Shown here: in pieces, positions 28,521-37,532 of the stretch
Numbering within the stretch: the first letter of the stretch is position 1
How the letters are laid out: every line of letters starts with the position of its first letter
Origin: an uncultured Eubacteriales bacterium
GTDB lineage: Bacteria > Bacillota > Clostridia > Christensenellales > CAG-138
Length of the DNA: 57,447 nt
NCBI GenBank assembly: GCA_900318765.1
Contig: ONLX01000025.1
Location: 1-57,447, forward strand
Direction: 5' to 3'
The notes under the pieces: generated by a model
What the model was told of the DNA's origin: nothing
Databases searched by the model: none
The model's input: the letters and a program-made list of their open reading frames with translations, nothing else
Made by a program: the position numbers and the translations under genes

Positions 28521-30086
28521 TCAATTCCCTCCGTGCATGACGTTATGGAAGAAGTCCAGCGCCGCATTGACCGCATTCACGACGGCGGAGGATGTAACCG
28601 TTGCGCCGGAGATGGCGTCGATGCCGTTTTCTCCCTCGCCGAGCACCAATTTTGTCACCACGCGGTCATTGAACTGATTGAGGAACTCCGGCTCCGCCGC
28701 TTTCGATCCCTTGCCCGGCGTTTCGTTGAGCTCGGTAAACGAGATGCAGTTCAGCGTCCCATCCGGCTTGAGGCCGACCGAAAGCTTGATGTCGCCCTCA
28801 TAGCCGTTGCCGTTCGTCACGCTCAGGACGTATCCTGCTACGTCGCCGTTGCCGTCGACGCCAATCAATGCTTCATTGATGTATGACCGTCCGAAGCTCG
28901 TTCCGTACACGCCGCCGTTCAGCTCGGCAAGCGCCTGATTCGCTTCCTCGCTTTCCACGAACATCTTCGCGTCGGGACAGACGACCTGGTAAGACGCGCG
29001 CTTGGCCTCCAGTTTCTTCTGCTCGATCGCCGGCTCGGTCATCGTGAACACGCCGGACAGCGCAACGCCCGCAAGCAGTGTGATCACCGTCAGCGCAATG
29101 ACAGGCTTCGGAATCCGCTGCCAGAGCGGAACCCGCTTCTCCCCGTTGGCCTTCTTGATCGCCGCCCTGCGATACGCATACGGCTTTTGAATGATATACA
29201 TATCGATCAACGGCGTAAACAGGTTGGCGATGATAACCGAGTAACTGAACGAGTCGGCATTTTTGCCGAAAATCCGAAACAGTGCGCCGAGTACGCCAAT
29301 CAGGCACCCGTAAACGAGCTGCCCGAGCCGGCTGACCGGAGACGTCGTATAATCGGTTGCCATAAAGAATGCGCCCATGACGACACCGCCGCCGCAAAGA
29401 TGCGCCAGCAGGAATTTCGGATCAAAGCCCTGTCCGCCCAGCAGCGCCATCATCAGCGTGAATCCGCCGAGCACGGAGAAGCAGATTTCCCCGTGAATGA
29501 TATCCAGTCCCCAAAGCACCAATCCGCCGACGAGCATCGCCAGCACCGAGCTGCCGATAACGCCGTTCGTCGTGCCGAGGAACATCTGCGTGATATTGAC
29601 CGTTTTGCCCGCCGTCAGAATCGCGACCGGCGTCGCCGAAGTCACGCCGTCCGCCGCAAGCGGGAACTGCGTCATGGCATTGCCGAAGGAGATCATCAAA
29701 AAGCATCGTGCGGCCAATGCAGGGTTCACAAAGTTCTTGCCGAGACCGCCGAAGCAGCATTTTACGACGAGAATCGCAAACGCCGAACCGATGATCGGGA
29801 TATACAGCGGAACGATCGGCGACAGCGACAGCGCGAGCATCATGCCCGTAACCGCCGCAGAGCCGTCAAAAATGCTGAGCTTGCGCCGCGTGATCGCGCA
29901 GAACAGCCACTCGGACCCGACCGCAGATACGATCGACGCGAGAATGACAAACAACGCGTGCCAACCGTTTACGATGACGCCGACGATCGCCGTCGGCAGC
30001 AGTGCGATCAGCACCGTATGCATGATGAACGACGTCGTCCAGCGATCGCGAATGTGCGGCCCGTGAGAAAGATGCAATGTGTTCAT
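28521..30086 (-). CDS. rnfDG: Fused RnfD-RnfG subunit
   Basis: N-terminal RnfD (PHIR, FGGLGKNFVNPA, DGVTSATP, FMATDYTTSP) in one ORF with RnfG (TM, GYEGDI, ETPG, DAISGATVTS). Confidence 0.92.
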   Translation of the reverse strand: MNTLHLSHGPHIRDRWTTSFIMHTVLIALLPTAIVGVIVNGWHALFVILASIVSAVGSEWLFCAITRRKLSIFDGSAAVTGMMLALSLSPIVPLYIPIIGSAFAILVVKCCFGGLGKNFVNPALAARCFLMISFGNAMTQFPLAADGVTSATPVAILTAGKTVNITQMFLGTTNGVIGSSVLAMLVGGLVLWGLDIIHGEICFSVLGGFTLMMALLGGQGFDPKFLLAHLCGGGVVMGAFFMATDYTTSPVSRLGQLVYGCLIGVLGALFRIFGKNADSFSYSVIIANLFTPLIDMYIIQKPYAYRRAAIKKANGEKRVPLWQRIPKPVIALTVITLLAGVALSGVFTMTEPAIEQKKLEAKRASYQVVCPDAKMFVESEEANQALAELNGGVYGTSFGRSYINEALIGVDGNGDVAGYVLSVTNGNGYEGDIKLSVGLKPDGTLNCISFTELNETPGKGSKAAEPEFLNQFNDRVVTKLVLGEGENGIDAISGATVTSSAVVNAVNAALDFFHNVMHGGN

Positions 30087-31438
30087 TGTTTGCCTCCTGC
30101 CGCAGCCGCTGCGCGCTTCTTCGCCATCAATTCCGCTTTTGTCTGCTTAAACGCCTGTGTGAGCGGGCGTTTTGCCGGGCAGATGTAAGTGCAGGAGCCG
30201 CAAGCCACGCAATCCAGTCCATGCAGCTTGTTTTCATACCGCTCCATGTCCCCTGCCGTAATCGCGTCCGCCATCATCTGCGGCATCAGACCGCTCGGGC
30301 AAACCGTCGTGCAGCGTCCGCAATGCAGGCACGCGGTCATCTGTTTTTCGGCCAGCTCCACCGCGTCCTCGGCCAGCACCGTGATCGCATTCGTCGTTTT
30401 GGTCACGGGAACGTCCGTCGTCCCGACCGCAATGCCCATCATCGGTCCGCCCGAAAGCACCTTCACAGCTTCCTTGCCCTCGCGGATGCCTCCGCATGCT
30501 TCGATCAGTTCCGCAAAGCTCGTGCCGTCCCGCACGATGAAATTGCGCGGCACAGCAATCGCCTCGCCGGTCACGGTCAGCACATGGCGGAACAGCGGTT
30601 CCCGGTAGTGCACCGCCCGTCCGATCGCATAGAGCGTTCCGACGTTGCTGACAATGCAGCCGACATCCGCCGGCAGCTTGTTGATCGGATAATCGATTCC
30701 CGCAATCGCCTTGATGAGGCTGCGCTCGCCGCCCTGCGGGTACTTGGTTCGCATTTTCAGAACGCGGATGCGCGGATGCCCGTTCACGGCCTTTTGCATC
30801 GCGGCAATCGCTTCGGGCTTGTTCGATTCAATCGCAACGATCCCCTCGGCATTCGGAAACAGCTTCAGAACGACTTCCATGCCCTCCAGAATGCCCTTGG
30901 CGCTCGACCGCATCAGCTGATCGTTGCAGGTCAGGTACGGTTCGCACTCGGCACCGTTCGCAATGACGAACCGAATGCCGAGCGGCACTTTGGGCATGAG
31001 CTTCACGTGCGTCGGGAACCCGGCGCCGCCGAGGCCGATAATGCCGGCGTTCTTCACGCGCGCAATGATCTCCTCGTTCGATAAGGAGGAAAGCTCTTCG
31101 CGCTCGGTATACGCTTCGACCGCGGTAAACTGCCCGTCGTTTTCCACAACGATGCACTCCTGCATCGTGCCGGCGATCGTGCGCCGTTTCTCGATTGCTT
31201 TCACCTTCCCGGAGCAGGAACAGATGATGTTTGCGGAAACGAATCCATCCGCCTCGGCAATGCACTGCCCCGCAAGCACCGGATCGCCCTTTATGACGAT
31301 GGGTTTTGCGGGTTTTCCGATGTGCTGCGCGAGCGGAAAGACCAGGTCGCCGACCGGATTGTATGCACGCAGCGGCATTTCCCGACTGAGCTCCTTATGC
31401 CCTCTCGGATGAACGCCGCCGCGGAATGTGTCCTTCAC
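30083..31438 (-). CDS. rnfC: Rnf complex subunit C
   Basis: FRGGVHP, QHIG, GLGGAGFPTHVK, NGAECEPYLT, GGPMMG, two 4Fe-4S motifs; GTG start. Confidence 0.94.
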   Translation of the reverse strand: MKDTFRGGVHPRGHKELSREMPLRAYNPVGDLVFPLAQHIGKPAKPIVIKGDPVLAGQCIAEADGFVSANIICSCSGKVKAIEKRRTIAGTMQECIVVENDGQFTAVEAYTEREELSSLSNEEIIARVKNAGIIGLGGAGFPTHVKLMPKVPLGIRFVIANGAECEPYLTCNDQLMRSSAKGILEGMEVVLKLFPNAEGIVAIESNKPEAIAAMQKAVNGHPRIRVLKMRTKYPQGGERSLIKAIAGIDYPINKLPADVGCIVSNVGTLYAIGRAVHYREPLFRHVLTVTGEAIAVPRNFIVRDGTSFAELIEACGGIREGKEAVKVLSGGPMMGIAVGTTDVPVTKTTNAITVLAEDAVELAEKQMTACLHCGRCTTVCPSGLMPQMMADAITAGDMERYENKLHGLDCVACGSCTYICPAKRPLTQAFKQTKAELMAKKRAAAAAGGKQ

Positions 31439-31521
31439 CGTTTCATTCCCCCTTTTTCCGAATTTTCCCGTAATTCGTTCGTTTTCGGCGCAAAAACGTG
31501 CGCCGAATACACTCCAGGTTC

Positions 31522-31550
31522 AGTTTAACAGATTCTATTGGGTTTGTAAA
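31522..31550 (-). promoter_or_regulatory. Putative rnf-nrf promoter TTTACA-17-TAAACT (extended -10 TG)
   Basis: Hexamers at 31545-31550 and 31522-31527; 9-bp leader hairpin at 31484-31507. Confidence 0.55.
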
Positions 31551-31600
31551 TATGAAAACGATGTAAATTCCTCTTTTTCAGTTGTCGGTTCAGGTGGTTC

Positions 31601-33799
31601 TCACGCGCTTGGCGCAGGGCGATCGATCCGCTGCCGTTCGACCAGTTCGGCAAACGCTCCGTTTTGGGCAATCAGTTTCTCGTATGTCCCGTCCTCCAGG
31701 ATCGTTCCGCCGTCCAGCAGCAGAATCCGATCGCAGTTGCGGATCGTGCTGAGTCGGTGCGCGATCACGATGCGCGTGCATTTGAGCCGATCGAGCGCTT
31801 CACTGACCTGCTTCTGCGTCTTGTTGTCGAGTGCGGACGTCGCCTCGTCAAGCACCAGAATCTTTGGGCTCGACGCAACCGCGCGCGCGATCATCAATCG
31901 CTGCTTCTGCCCGCCGGAGATTCCGCCCTGCCCTTCCGAGATCAACGTCTGCATGCCCATCGGCATCTCCCGGATATCCTCGGCGATCCCCGCAATTTCG
32001 GCTGCCTTCCATGCATCGTCCAACGTCGCATACGGCGCGGAGATCGTAATGTTCGAGAAGATGTCCCCTTGGAACAACTGTCCGTTCTGCGTGACCACGC
32101 CCATAAATTTGCGTACAGACCGCGGATCGAGGCTGTTCAGATCCTTCCCGTCAAAATAGACCGCGCCGCGCTGGGGTTTCTCGAATCCGAGCAGCAGCCG
32201 CAGCAGCGTGGATTTCCCGCATCCCGTTCTGCCGACGAGGGCAACGTATTCCCCGGGACGGATTTTCAGCGAAAGATCCTTCAGCACATCCGGGGTGTTT
32301 TCATCGTACCGGAAAAAGACGTGGTTCAGCTCAATCCCGCCGGAGAGCTTCGTCAGAACCTCTTTGCTCCCGGTCACCTCCGGTTCGGTGTTCAGAATGG
32401 GCTCGGCCATCTCAAGCACCGGCTTCATCTGCGCAAACGCCGTCGCAAGCGACGCAAGCGCGGTAAACGCGCCCATCAGATGACCGTATGACGCCGTAAA
32501 CGCGTTGTAATCTGCTACACTCACATTGGATTGCACCGCGATCAGATACAATGCAATGTTTCCGATCAGCCCGATTGCCGTGAGAAGAACGCCGTCCAGT
32601 TTCAAGAACAGCGGCGGATTGTACTCGAGCTTCGACGCTTCGGAAAAAACGCCTGCCCAGCGGGCGAACGCGCGCTTCTCAGCGCCGGCCAGCTTGATCT
32701 TCTGAATGCCGGAGACCATTGCGTAGCTCAGCCCCCGTTCCTTCGCCAAAAGCTCCATCCGCTTCCGGGAAATGCGAATCCTCGCAAACATCGCAATCGT
32801 GCTGAGCAGCACCGTCGCCAAAATGATGATCAACGAAGGAGCAACGAGCGCGGGCGCGAACCGCGAAATCTGCACCACATACAGCAGCGACAGAATGGAA
32901 GACAGCCCGACCGAAAGGACGTTGCCGATCATCATCTGGCAGAGCGCGCTGACCGACCCGGCGCGGCTTGCCAGTTCGCCGGAGGAGAACCCCCGAAAGA
33001 AGCTCACCGGAAGCGACAGAATCCGCATCATCACGGCCGATTCAACCGCCATCGACGTTTTCGTATGGATCCGTCCCATCAGAAGGGTTCGGACAACGCC
33101 GATGAGCTGGGACGAGAACGCCGCGCACAGCAGAAAGATCGCCGTACCGATCAGTATCGAATAGGATCGGTTGCTCAGCACAGGCCCCATCAAAATGCGA
33201 TACGCCCGCGGCTCGATCATTCCGACGAGCGTGACCGCCAGCGTCGCAATGAGAATCAGCACAAAATCGCTGACGGAAATGCTGTCCTTCATATACAGCA
33301 AAAGATCGGGAATTCCGAGCTTCTTCATCGGCATCGGACGATAGAAGCACACGGCTTCCTCGCAAAAATCCGACGCCGTTTTTTTCGTAATCCGAACGGT
33401 TTCTCCCGTTTTCGGATCGCGATAATGATACCCATGCAGCAGGTTGGGCAGCAGCGCGACCGGATCGTTTCCATCCTTCAAAAACCCGATCATCGGCCCG
33501 AATGCGTCCTTTTGCCAACCAGGCTCCAGCCGAATCGCGCGCGTCATGATGCCGAGAGGACGCAGCACGTAATCCATCTGCTCCTCGGCCGTCTGGATCG
33601 AATCCGGGACCTTCACCGGGGCGCAGCGATAATACTTCAAAATATCGTCGAGCGCTTCCCGCGCAATCGTCATTCGATCCCGCATCAGGTCCGCCACCCT
33701 GCCCCCGAGCACGGATGCAGCGACGCGCACAAACGAATCGTCAAACAGATTCCGATCGCTCTCCATCCGCTGCCGGATCTGTTCGTCAAACCATCCCAT
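31601..33799 (-). CDS. NHLP-type bacteriocin export ABC transporter, permease/ATPase (no peptidase Cys motif seen)
   Basis: MGWFDEQIRQR start typical of this family; GRTGCGKST, ISGGQKQR, DEATSALD. Confidence 0.85.
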   Translation of the reverse strand: MGWFDEQIRQRMESDRNLFDDSFVRVAASVLGGRVADLMRDRMTIAREALDDILKYYRCAPVKVPDSIQTAEEQMDYVLRPLGIMTRAIRLEPGWQKDAFGPMIGFLKDGNDPVALLPNLLHGYHYRDPKTGETVRITKKTASDFCEEAVCFYRPMPMKKLGIPDLLLYMKDSISVSDFVLILIATLAVTLVGMIEPRAYRILMGPVLSNRSYSILIGTAIFLLCAAFSSQLIGVVRTLLMGRIHTKTSMAVESAVMMRILSLPVSFFRGFSSGELASRAGSVSALCQMMIGNVLSVGLSSILSLLYVVQISRFAPALVAPSLIIILATVLLSTIAMFARIRISRKRMELLAKERGLSYAMVSGIQKIKLAGAEKRAFARWAGVFSEASKLEYNPPLFLKLDGVLLTAIGLIGNIALYLIAVQSNVSVADYNAFTASYGHLMGAFTALASLATAFAQMKPVLEMAEPILNTEPEVTGSKEVLTKLSGGIELNHVFFRYDENTPDVLKDLSLKIRPGEYVALVGRTGCGKSTLLRLLLGFEKPQRGAVYFDGKDLNSLDPRSVRKFMGVVTQNGQLFQGDIFSNITISAPYATLDDAWKAAEIAGIAEDIREMPMGMQTLISEGQGGISGGQKQRLMIARAVASSPKILVLDEATSALDNKTQKQVSEALDRLKCTRIVIAHRLSTIRNCDRILLLDGGTILEDGTYEKLIAQNGAFAELVERQRIDRPAPSA

Positions 33800-33819
33800 A
33801 CGAATCCGCCTCCTTTCCG

Positions 33820-36018
33820 CTACTCACTGAGCACGAGGTCGGCATACGCGCCGCCCTTTGCGTACAGTTCTTCATGCGTGCCGCGCTCGACGACGCGCCC
33901 CTTTTCGAGCACGATAATCTCATCGCAGTCGCGAATTGTGCTGAGGCGATGCGCAATCACGATGCAGGTGATCCCGCGATCGCGGATCGCGTTGACAACA
34001 TCATATTCCGTTTTGGCGTCGAGCGCGCTCGTCGCCTCATCGAGAAGAATCACCGAGGGATCCTGCGCAAGCACACGCGCAATCTCGAGCCGCTGTCGCT
34101 GTCCGCCGGAGAGATCCTTGCCGTTTTCGGTGAGTTTGCCGTCGTATCCGCCCGGGCGCAGCATGATATCATCATGAATCTGCGCATCCCGCGCGGCCAG
34201 AATCACCTCAAAGTCCGCAATCGAGCGGTCCCACATCCGGATGTTTTCGGCAATCGTATCCTCAAACAGAATGATATCCTGGTCCACCACCGCAAGCGAA
34301 CCGGTAAACACGCTGCGCGGAATCTCTTCGATCGGCTTCCCGTCGAACAGAATTTCGCCGCTCCACGGCCGGTAAAGTCCGGAAATCAGCTTGCTGATCG
34401 TCGATTTTCCGCAGCCGCTCGCGCCGACGATCGCCACTCGGCTGCCCGGTTTCAGATGCATGGAAAAATCGCGCACAACCGGCTCCCCGAACTTTGAATA
34501 GCCGAATGTCACGTTCTTCAGCTCCACCTCGCCGCGCAGCTTCGAATAGTCCTCCGATTCCGAAAGCGGCTCCTCCCGAACGAACGGATCGTTCGGATAC
34601 TCCATCACGTCCTCGATGCGCTCCATCTGCGTCCGCGTCTCCAGAATCGTCTGCCCCGCGTCGATCAGCGTCATGGCGGGGTTCATAAACTGTGCCAGGT
34701 AGCTCTGGAATGTCGCAATCATACCGACGGTGAAGTTGCCGTCCATCGCAAGACGAACGCCGAAGAACAGCACCAGATAGTTGGCCGCCGTTCCGATAAA
34801 CGCTGGAATCTGTCCGAGCGAAGCGTTCAGCCGCGCGTACCGGACCGCCTGCGTATTCACGGACGCCTGATAGCCCGCCCACTTCGAGAAGAATCCGTTT
34901 TCCGCTCCGGCGGCCTTGATCGTCTCGGTCATGCCGATTCCGGCATAGGTCGCAGCGGACAGCTTCGCCGCATCCCGCATCTGCACGCGCGTGATGTTGA
35001 CGCGTTTTTCCGAAATGTAATTGGCTAAGAACGCATTGCAAAAGACGCTCAACAGGCCGATCAACGTCAAAAGAAGGCTGTATCGGATCATGATGACGAG
35101 GTAAAACACCATCATCAATAGGTTCAGCAAAAACGGAGCGACGGTTTGCACCAATGCGCTCGCAATCGACGCGTTGGACTGTTCGCGCTCCAGAATATCC
35201 CCCGCCATGCGCTGAGAAAAGAATTCCATCGGAAGCCGCAGCACCTTCCAGATGTAACTTGTGCTGCCGATGACGGACAGCTTCCCGTCGATCCGCAGCG
35301 AATAGATCGCCTGAATCATCTCCACGGCAAGCTGCAGAACGCACAGCAGCCCCATGATCGCGATGAACGGGACCAGCCACTCCGGGTTGAGCCCGGTCAG
35401 AAGCCGATCGTAAAACACCTGCGTCATCACCGGGTTTATCACGCCGAACAGGTAGGAGATTGCCGTCGTCAGCATCATAAAGAGGATCGCTGCGCCGGCG
35501 CCGACCAATCTTTTTTTCGCAAACGCAATCGCGCTCTTTGGCTTTCCGCCCGGAACGAATTGCTCCCCGGGCGTCATGCGAAGCACAATCCCGGTAAATG
35601 CACGGTCGAACTCCTCCATCGAGAGCAGTACCGTTCCGCGCGCGGGGTCGTTGATGCTCGCTTTTCCGTTCCGAAAGCCGTTCAGCACAACAAAATGATT
35701 GAAATTCCAATGGATGATGCAGGGAAATTCCGCCTGCTGTTTCAGCATTTGCGGCTCCATGCGATAGCCGTTCGCAGTAAACCCGTAATTGCGGGCGGCG
35801 AGCAGCATGTTTTTGGCGTTCGACCCATCCCGCGAAACGCCGCAGTCAAGCCGTACCTGTTCCAACGGAACCCATTTTTGATAGTATGCCATGACCATGG
35901 CAAGGCACGCCGCGCCGCATTCCAGATCCTCCATCTGCATCACGACCGGCACCTTCGCCGCCCCTTTGCGAACCGGACGCCTGATCCGGTTCCGTTTGAT
36001 CGAAGCTTGCTGTTCCAT
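33820..36018 (-). CDS. NHLP-type bacteriocin export ABC transporter with C39 peptidase domain
   Basis: QMEDLECGAACL (Cys), HWNFNHFVV (His), INDP (Asp), TMD and NBD. Confidence 0.9.
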   Translation of the reverse strand: MEQQASIKRNRIRRPVRKGAAKVPVVMQMEDLECGAACLAMVMAYYQKWVPLEQVRLDCGVSRDGSNAKNMLLAARNYGFTANGYRMEPQMLKQQAEFPCIIHWNFNHFVVLNGFRNGKASINDPARGTVLLSMEEFDRAFTGIVLRMTPGEQFVPGGKPKSAIAFAKKRLVGAGAAILFMMLTTAISYLFGVINPVMTQVFYDRLLTGLNPEWLVPFIAIMGLLCVLQLAVEMIQAIYSLRIDGKLSVIGSTSYIWKVLRLPMEFFSQRMAGDILEREQSNASIASALVQTVAPFLLNLLMMVFYLVIMIRYSLLLTLIGLLSVFCNAFLANYISEKRVNITRVQMRDAAKLSAATYAGIGMTETIKAAGAENGFFSKWAGYQASVNTQAVRYARLNASLGQIPAFIGTAANYLVLFFGVRLAMDGNFTVGMIATFQSYLAQFMNPAMTLIDAGQTILETRTQMERIEDVMEYPNDPFVREEPLSESEDYSKLRGEVELKNVTFGYSKFGEPVVRDFSMHLKPGSRVAIVGASGCGKSTISKLISGLYRPWSGEILFDGKPIEEIPRSVFTGSLAVVDQDIILFEDTIAENIRMWDRSIADFEVILAARDAQIHDDIMLRPGGYDGKLTENGKDLSGGQRQRLEIARVLAQDPSVILLDEATSALDAKTEYDVVNAIRDRGITCIVIAHRLSTIRDCDEIIVLEKGRVVERGTHEELYAKGGAYADLVLSE

Positions 36019-36024
36019 GCGCCG

Positions 36025-36441
36025 TTATTCCTTCCAAAGGAATCGGATCGGCGAGATCGTTTCCAGAACAACCGTTCCGGAATACGTTCCGTCCGGCAGC
36101 GAAATCTGCGCCGAAAGCGCGGCGGTTTGATCGGCATTCCAAAGCACGGAATCGATCGTTGTTTCCGTCCCGCCGAGGCGCAGCGTCATGCCCTCGGAAA
36201 CCTCTGGCTCGCGGTCGGATCGGACCGTGGCCACGGCAATCCCGTTCCGAACGGTGAACTCCGCAGGAACCGTCGTCTCAATCCGTCCTACGATCGCAAA
36301 CACGATCAGTCCCGCCAACAGAACGATCACCGCAATCAACACCATCCAAACGCTCGGATTGGTGACGCGCATATAATCCTGCAGCTGTTCCAGGGACTGA
36401 ATCCGATCCAGATTTTTTTGCCGAAAAAGTTTGTTTTCCAT
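36025..36441 (-). CDS. Short NHLP-system secretion accessory protein (truncated HlyD-like)
   Basis: LFRQKNLDRIQSLEQLQDYMRVTNP plus TM, C-terminal ISPIRFL; 138 aa. Confidence 0.78.
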   Translation of the reverse strand: MENKLFRQKNLDRIQSLEQLQDYMRVTNPSVWMVLIAVIVLLAGLIVFAIVGRIETTVPAEFTVRNGIAVATVRSDREPEVSEGMTLRLGGTETTIDSVLWNADQTAALSAQISLPDGTYSGTVVLETISPIRFLWKE

Positions 36442-36482
36442 GCTATGCTCCTTTGAACGATCCCGCATAAGGCAGATAGTTG

Positions 36483-36511
36483 ATTATACCATATTCCTTC
36501 CCGATTCTCAA
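36483..36511 (-). promoter_or_regulatory. Sigma-A promoter TTGAGA-17-TATAAT (TG extension) for the NHLP export operon
   Basis: Hexamers at 36506-36511 and 36483-36488. Confidence 0.65.
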
Positions 36512-36541
36512 TGCCGCCGCGGAAATTGTCGGATGGATTCG

Positions 36542-36579
36542 AAAAAAACCTGCAAAGAATCGCGTTCTTTGCAGGTTTT
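36542..36579 (-). terminator. Terminator ending the NRPS-ABC operon
   Basis: AAAACCTGCAAAGAA..TTCTTTGCAGGTTTT with a T-run on the minus strand. Confidence 0.75.
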
Positions 36580-36590
36580 CCCGAAAAGTG

Positions 36591-37532
36591 TTATCGTTTG
36601 TCCCGATCGATGAACTCGAGCACCGCGATCGATACGATGGCAGCGACCGCCGTCAGCAGCAGCAGCGCGCCCCAGGTCGTAAGGACATTGTTGATCGTGC
36701 TGGCGTATGCGGCTTTCTGGTTGATCGAGCCGGACCACTGCAAAATCTCATCCATCTTGCCCTGTTGTTCGATGCTTTGAATCAAGGCAAGCACCGGCTT
36801 TCCTTCGGCAAACTCCACATCCTTCAGCCGGAACATCGTATTCCAGAGCGTGACCATCGGAAGCTCATTGAACCGGCCGATCGCGCAGATGCTCTCAATG
36901 CCCCATTTCGAAACGGTCAGCTTCGTGAGCTGCTCGGCAAAGCCCGTCATCTGGAAAAACGTCCCCGAGAAGATGAGCTGAAAGATCAGCAAAAACGGCA
37001 TCACGGTCATCGCGGTCGTCGTCGTCCGGACGATCGAGGAGATCATCAGCGCAAGCATATCCGCCGCGAACGTGATCAGCAGGATCGTGATGCCGAGATC
37101 GACGATGCCCCACGGCGTTACAACGCCCTGCACGGGGAAGGATACGCCTGCGATTCTGCAGATCAGAAGCGTCACGATCGTCTGCACGAGGCAGAGGATC
37201 AGCTGATAGATCATATGCGCCGCAATGTACGAAGAGATATGCAGCCCCGCGCGATGCTCATGCTTGATCGTTTTCCGCTCGCGGCAAACGACCTGAATCG
37301 AGTTGAAGAACCCGTTCCAGATGCAGGCGCACGCGAGCGCGAACGCGCCGTTCGTCGTCCCCTCCTGCGTTCTGAACAGATTTCCGCCGACAACGAACGT
37401 CACAACGGCGGCGATCACCGCGCCGAGCGGGATAACCTTCCAGTCGCTCTGATAAACGAACATGCGCAGCAGCTTGCAAAGATAGATCCGTGTCTGCGCG
37501 AGCCTTCCGTTCCGTTTCAGTTCCGTATTCAT
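36591..37532 (-). CDS. ABC-2/ABCG-type transporter permease
   Basis: WNGFFNSIQVVCRER, PFLLIFQLIFSG, multiple TM segments; ATGA overlap. Confidence 0.85.
   Translation of the reverse strand: MNTELKRNGRLAQTRIYLCKLLRMFVYQSDWKVIPLGAVIAAVVTFVVGGNLFRTQEGTTNGAFALACACIWNGFFNSIQVVCRERKTIKHEHRAGLHISSYIAAHMIYQLILCLVQTIVTLLICRIAGVSFPVQGVVTPWGIVDLGITILLITFAADMLALMISSIVRTTTTAMTVMPFLLIFQLIFSGTFFQMTGFAEQLTKLTVSKWGIESICAIGRFNELPMVTLWNTMFRLKDVEFAEGKPVLALIQSIEQQGKMDEILQWSGSINQKAAYASTINNVLTTWGALLLLTAVAAIVSIAVLEFIDRDKR

Noticed and set aside
31510-31560. Rex operator upstream of rnfC
   Set aside because: Only a partial half-site (TTAACA); no TTGTNAA-N4-TTNACAA palindrome.
36442-36590. Hidden NHLP/double-glycine precursor peptide
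   Set aside because: The interval is occupied by a terminator, a promoter and an RBS; no suitable small ORF.
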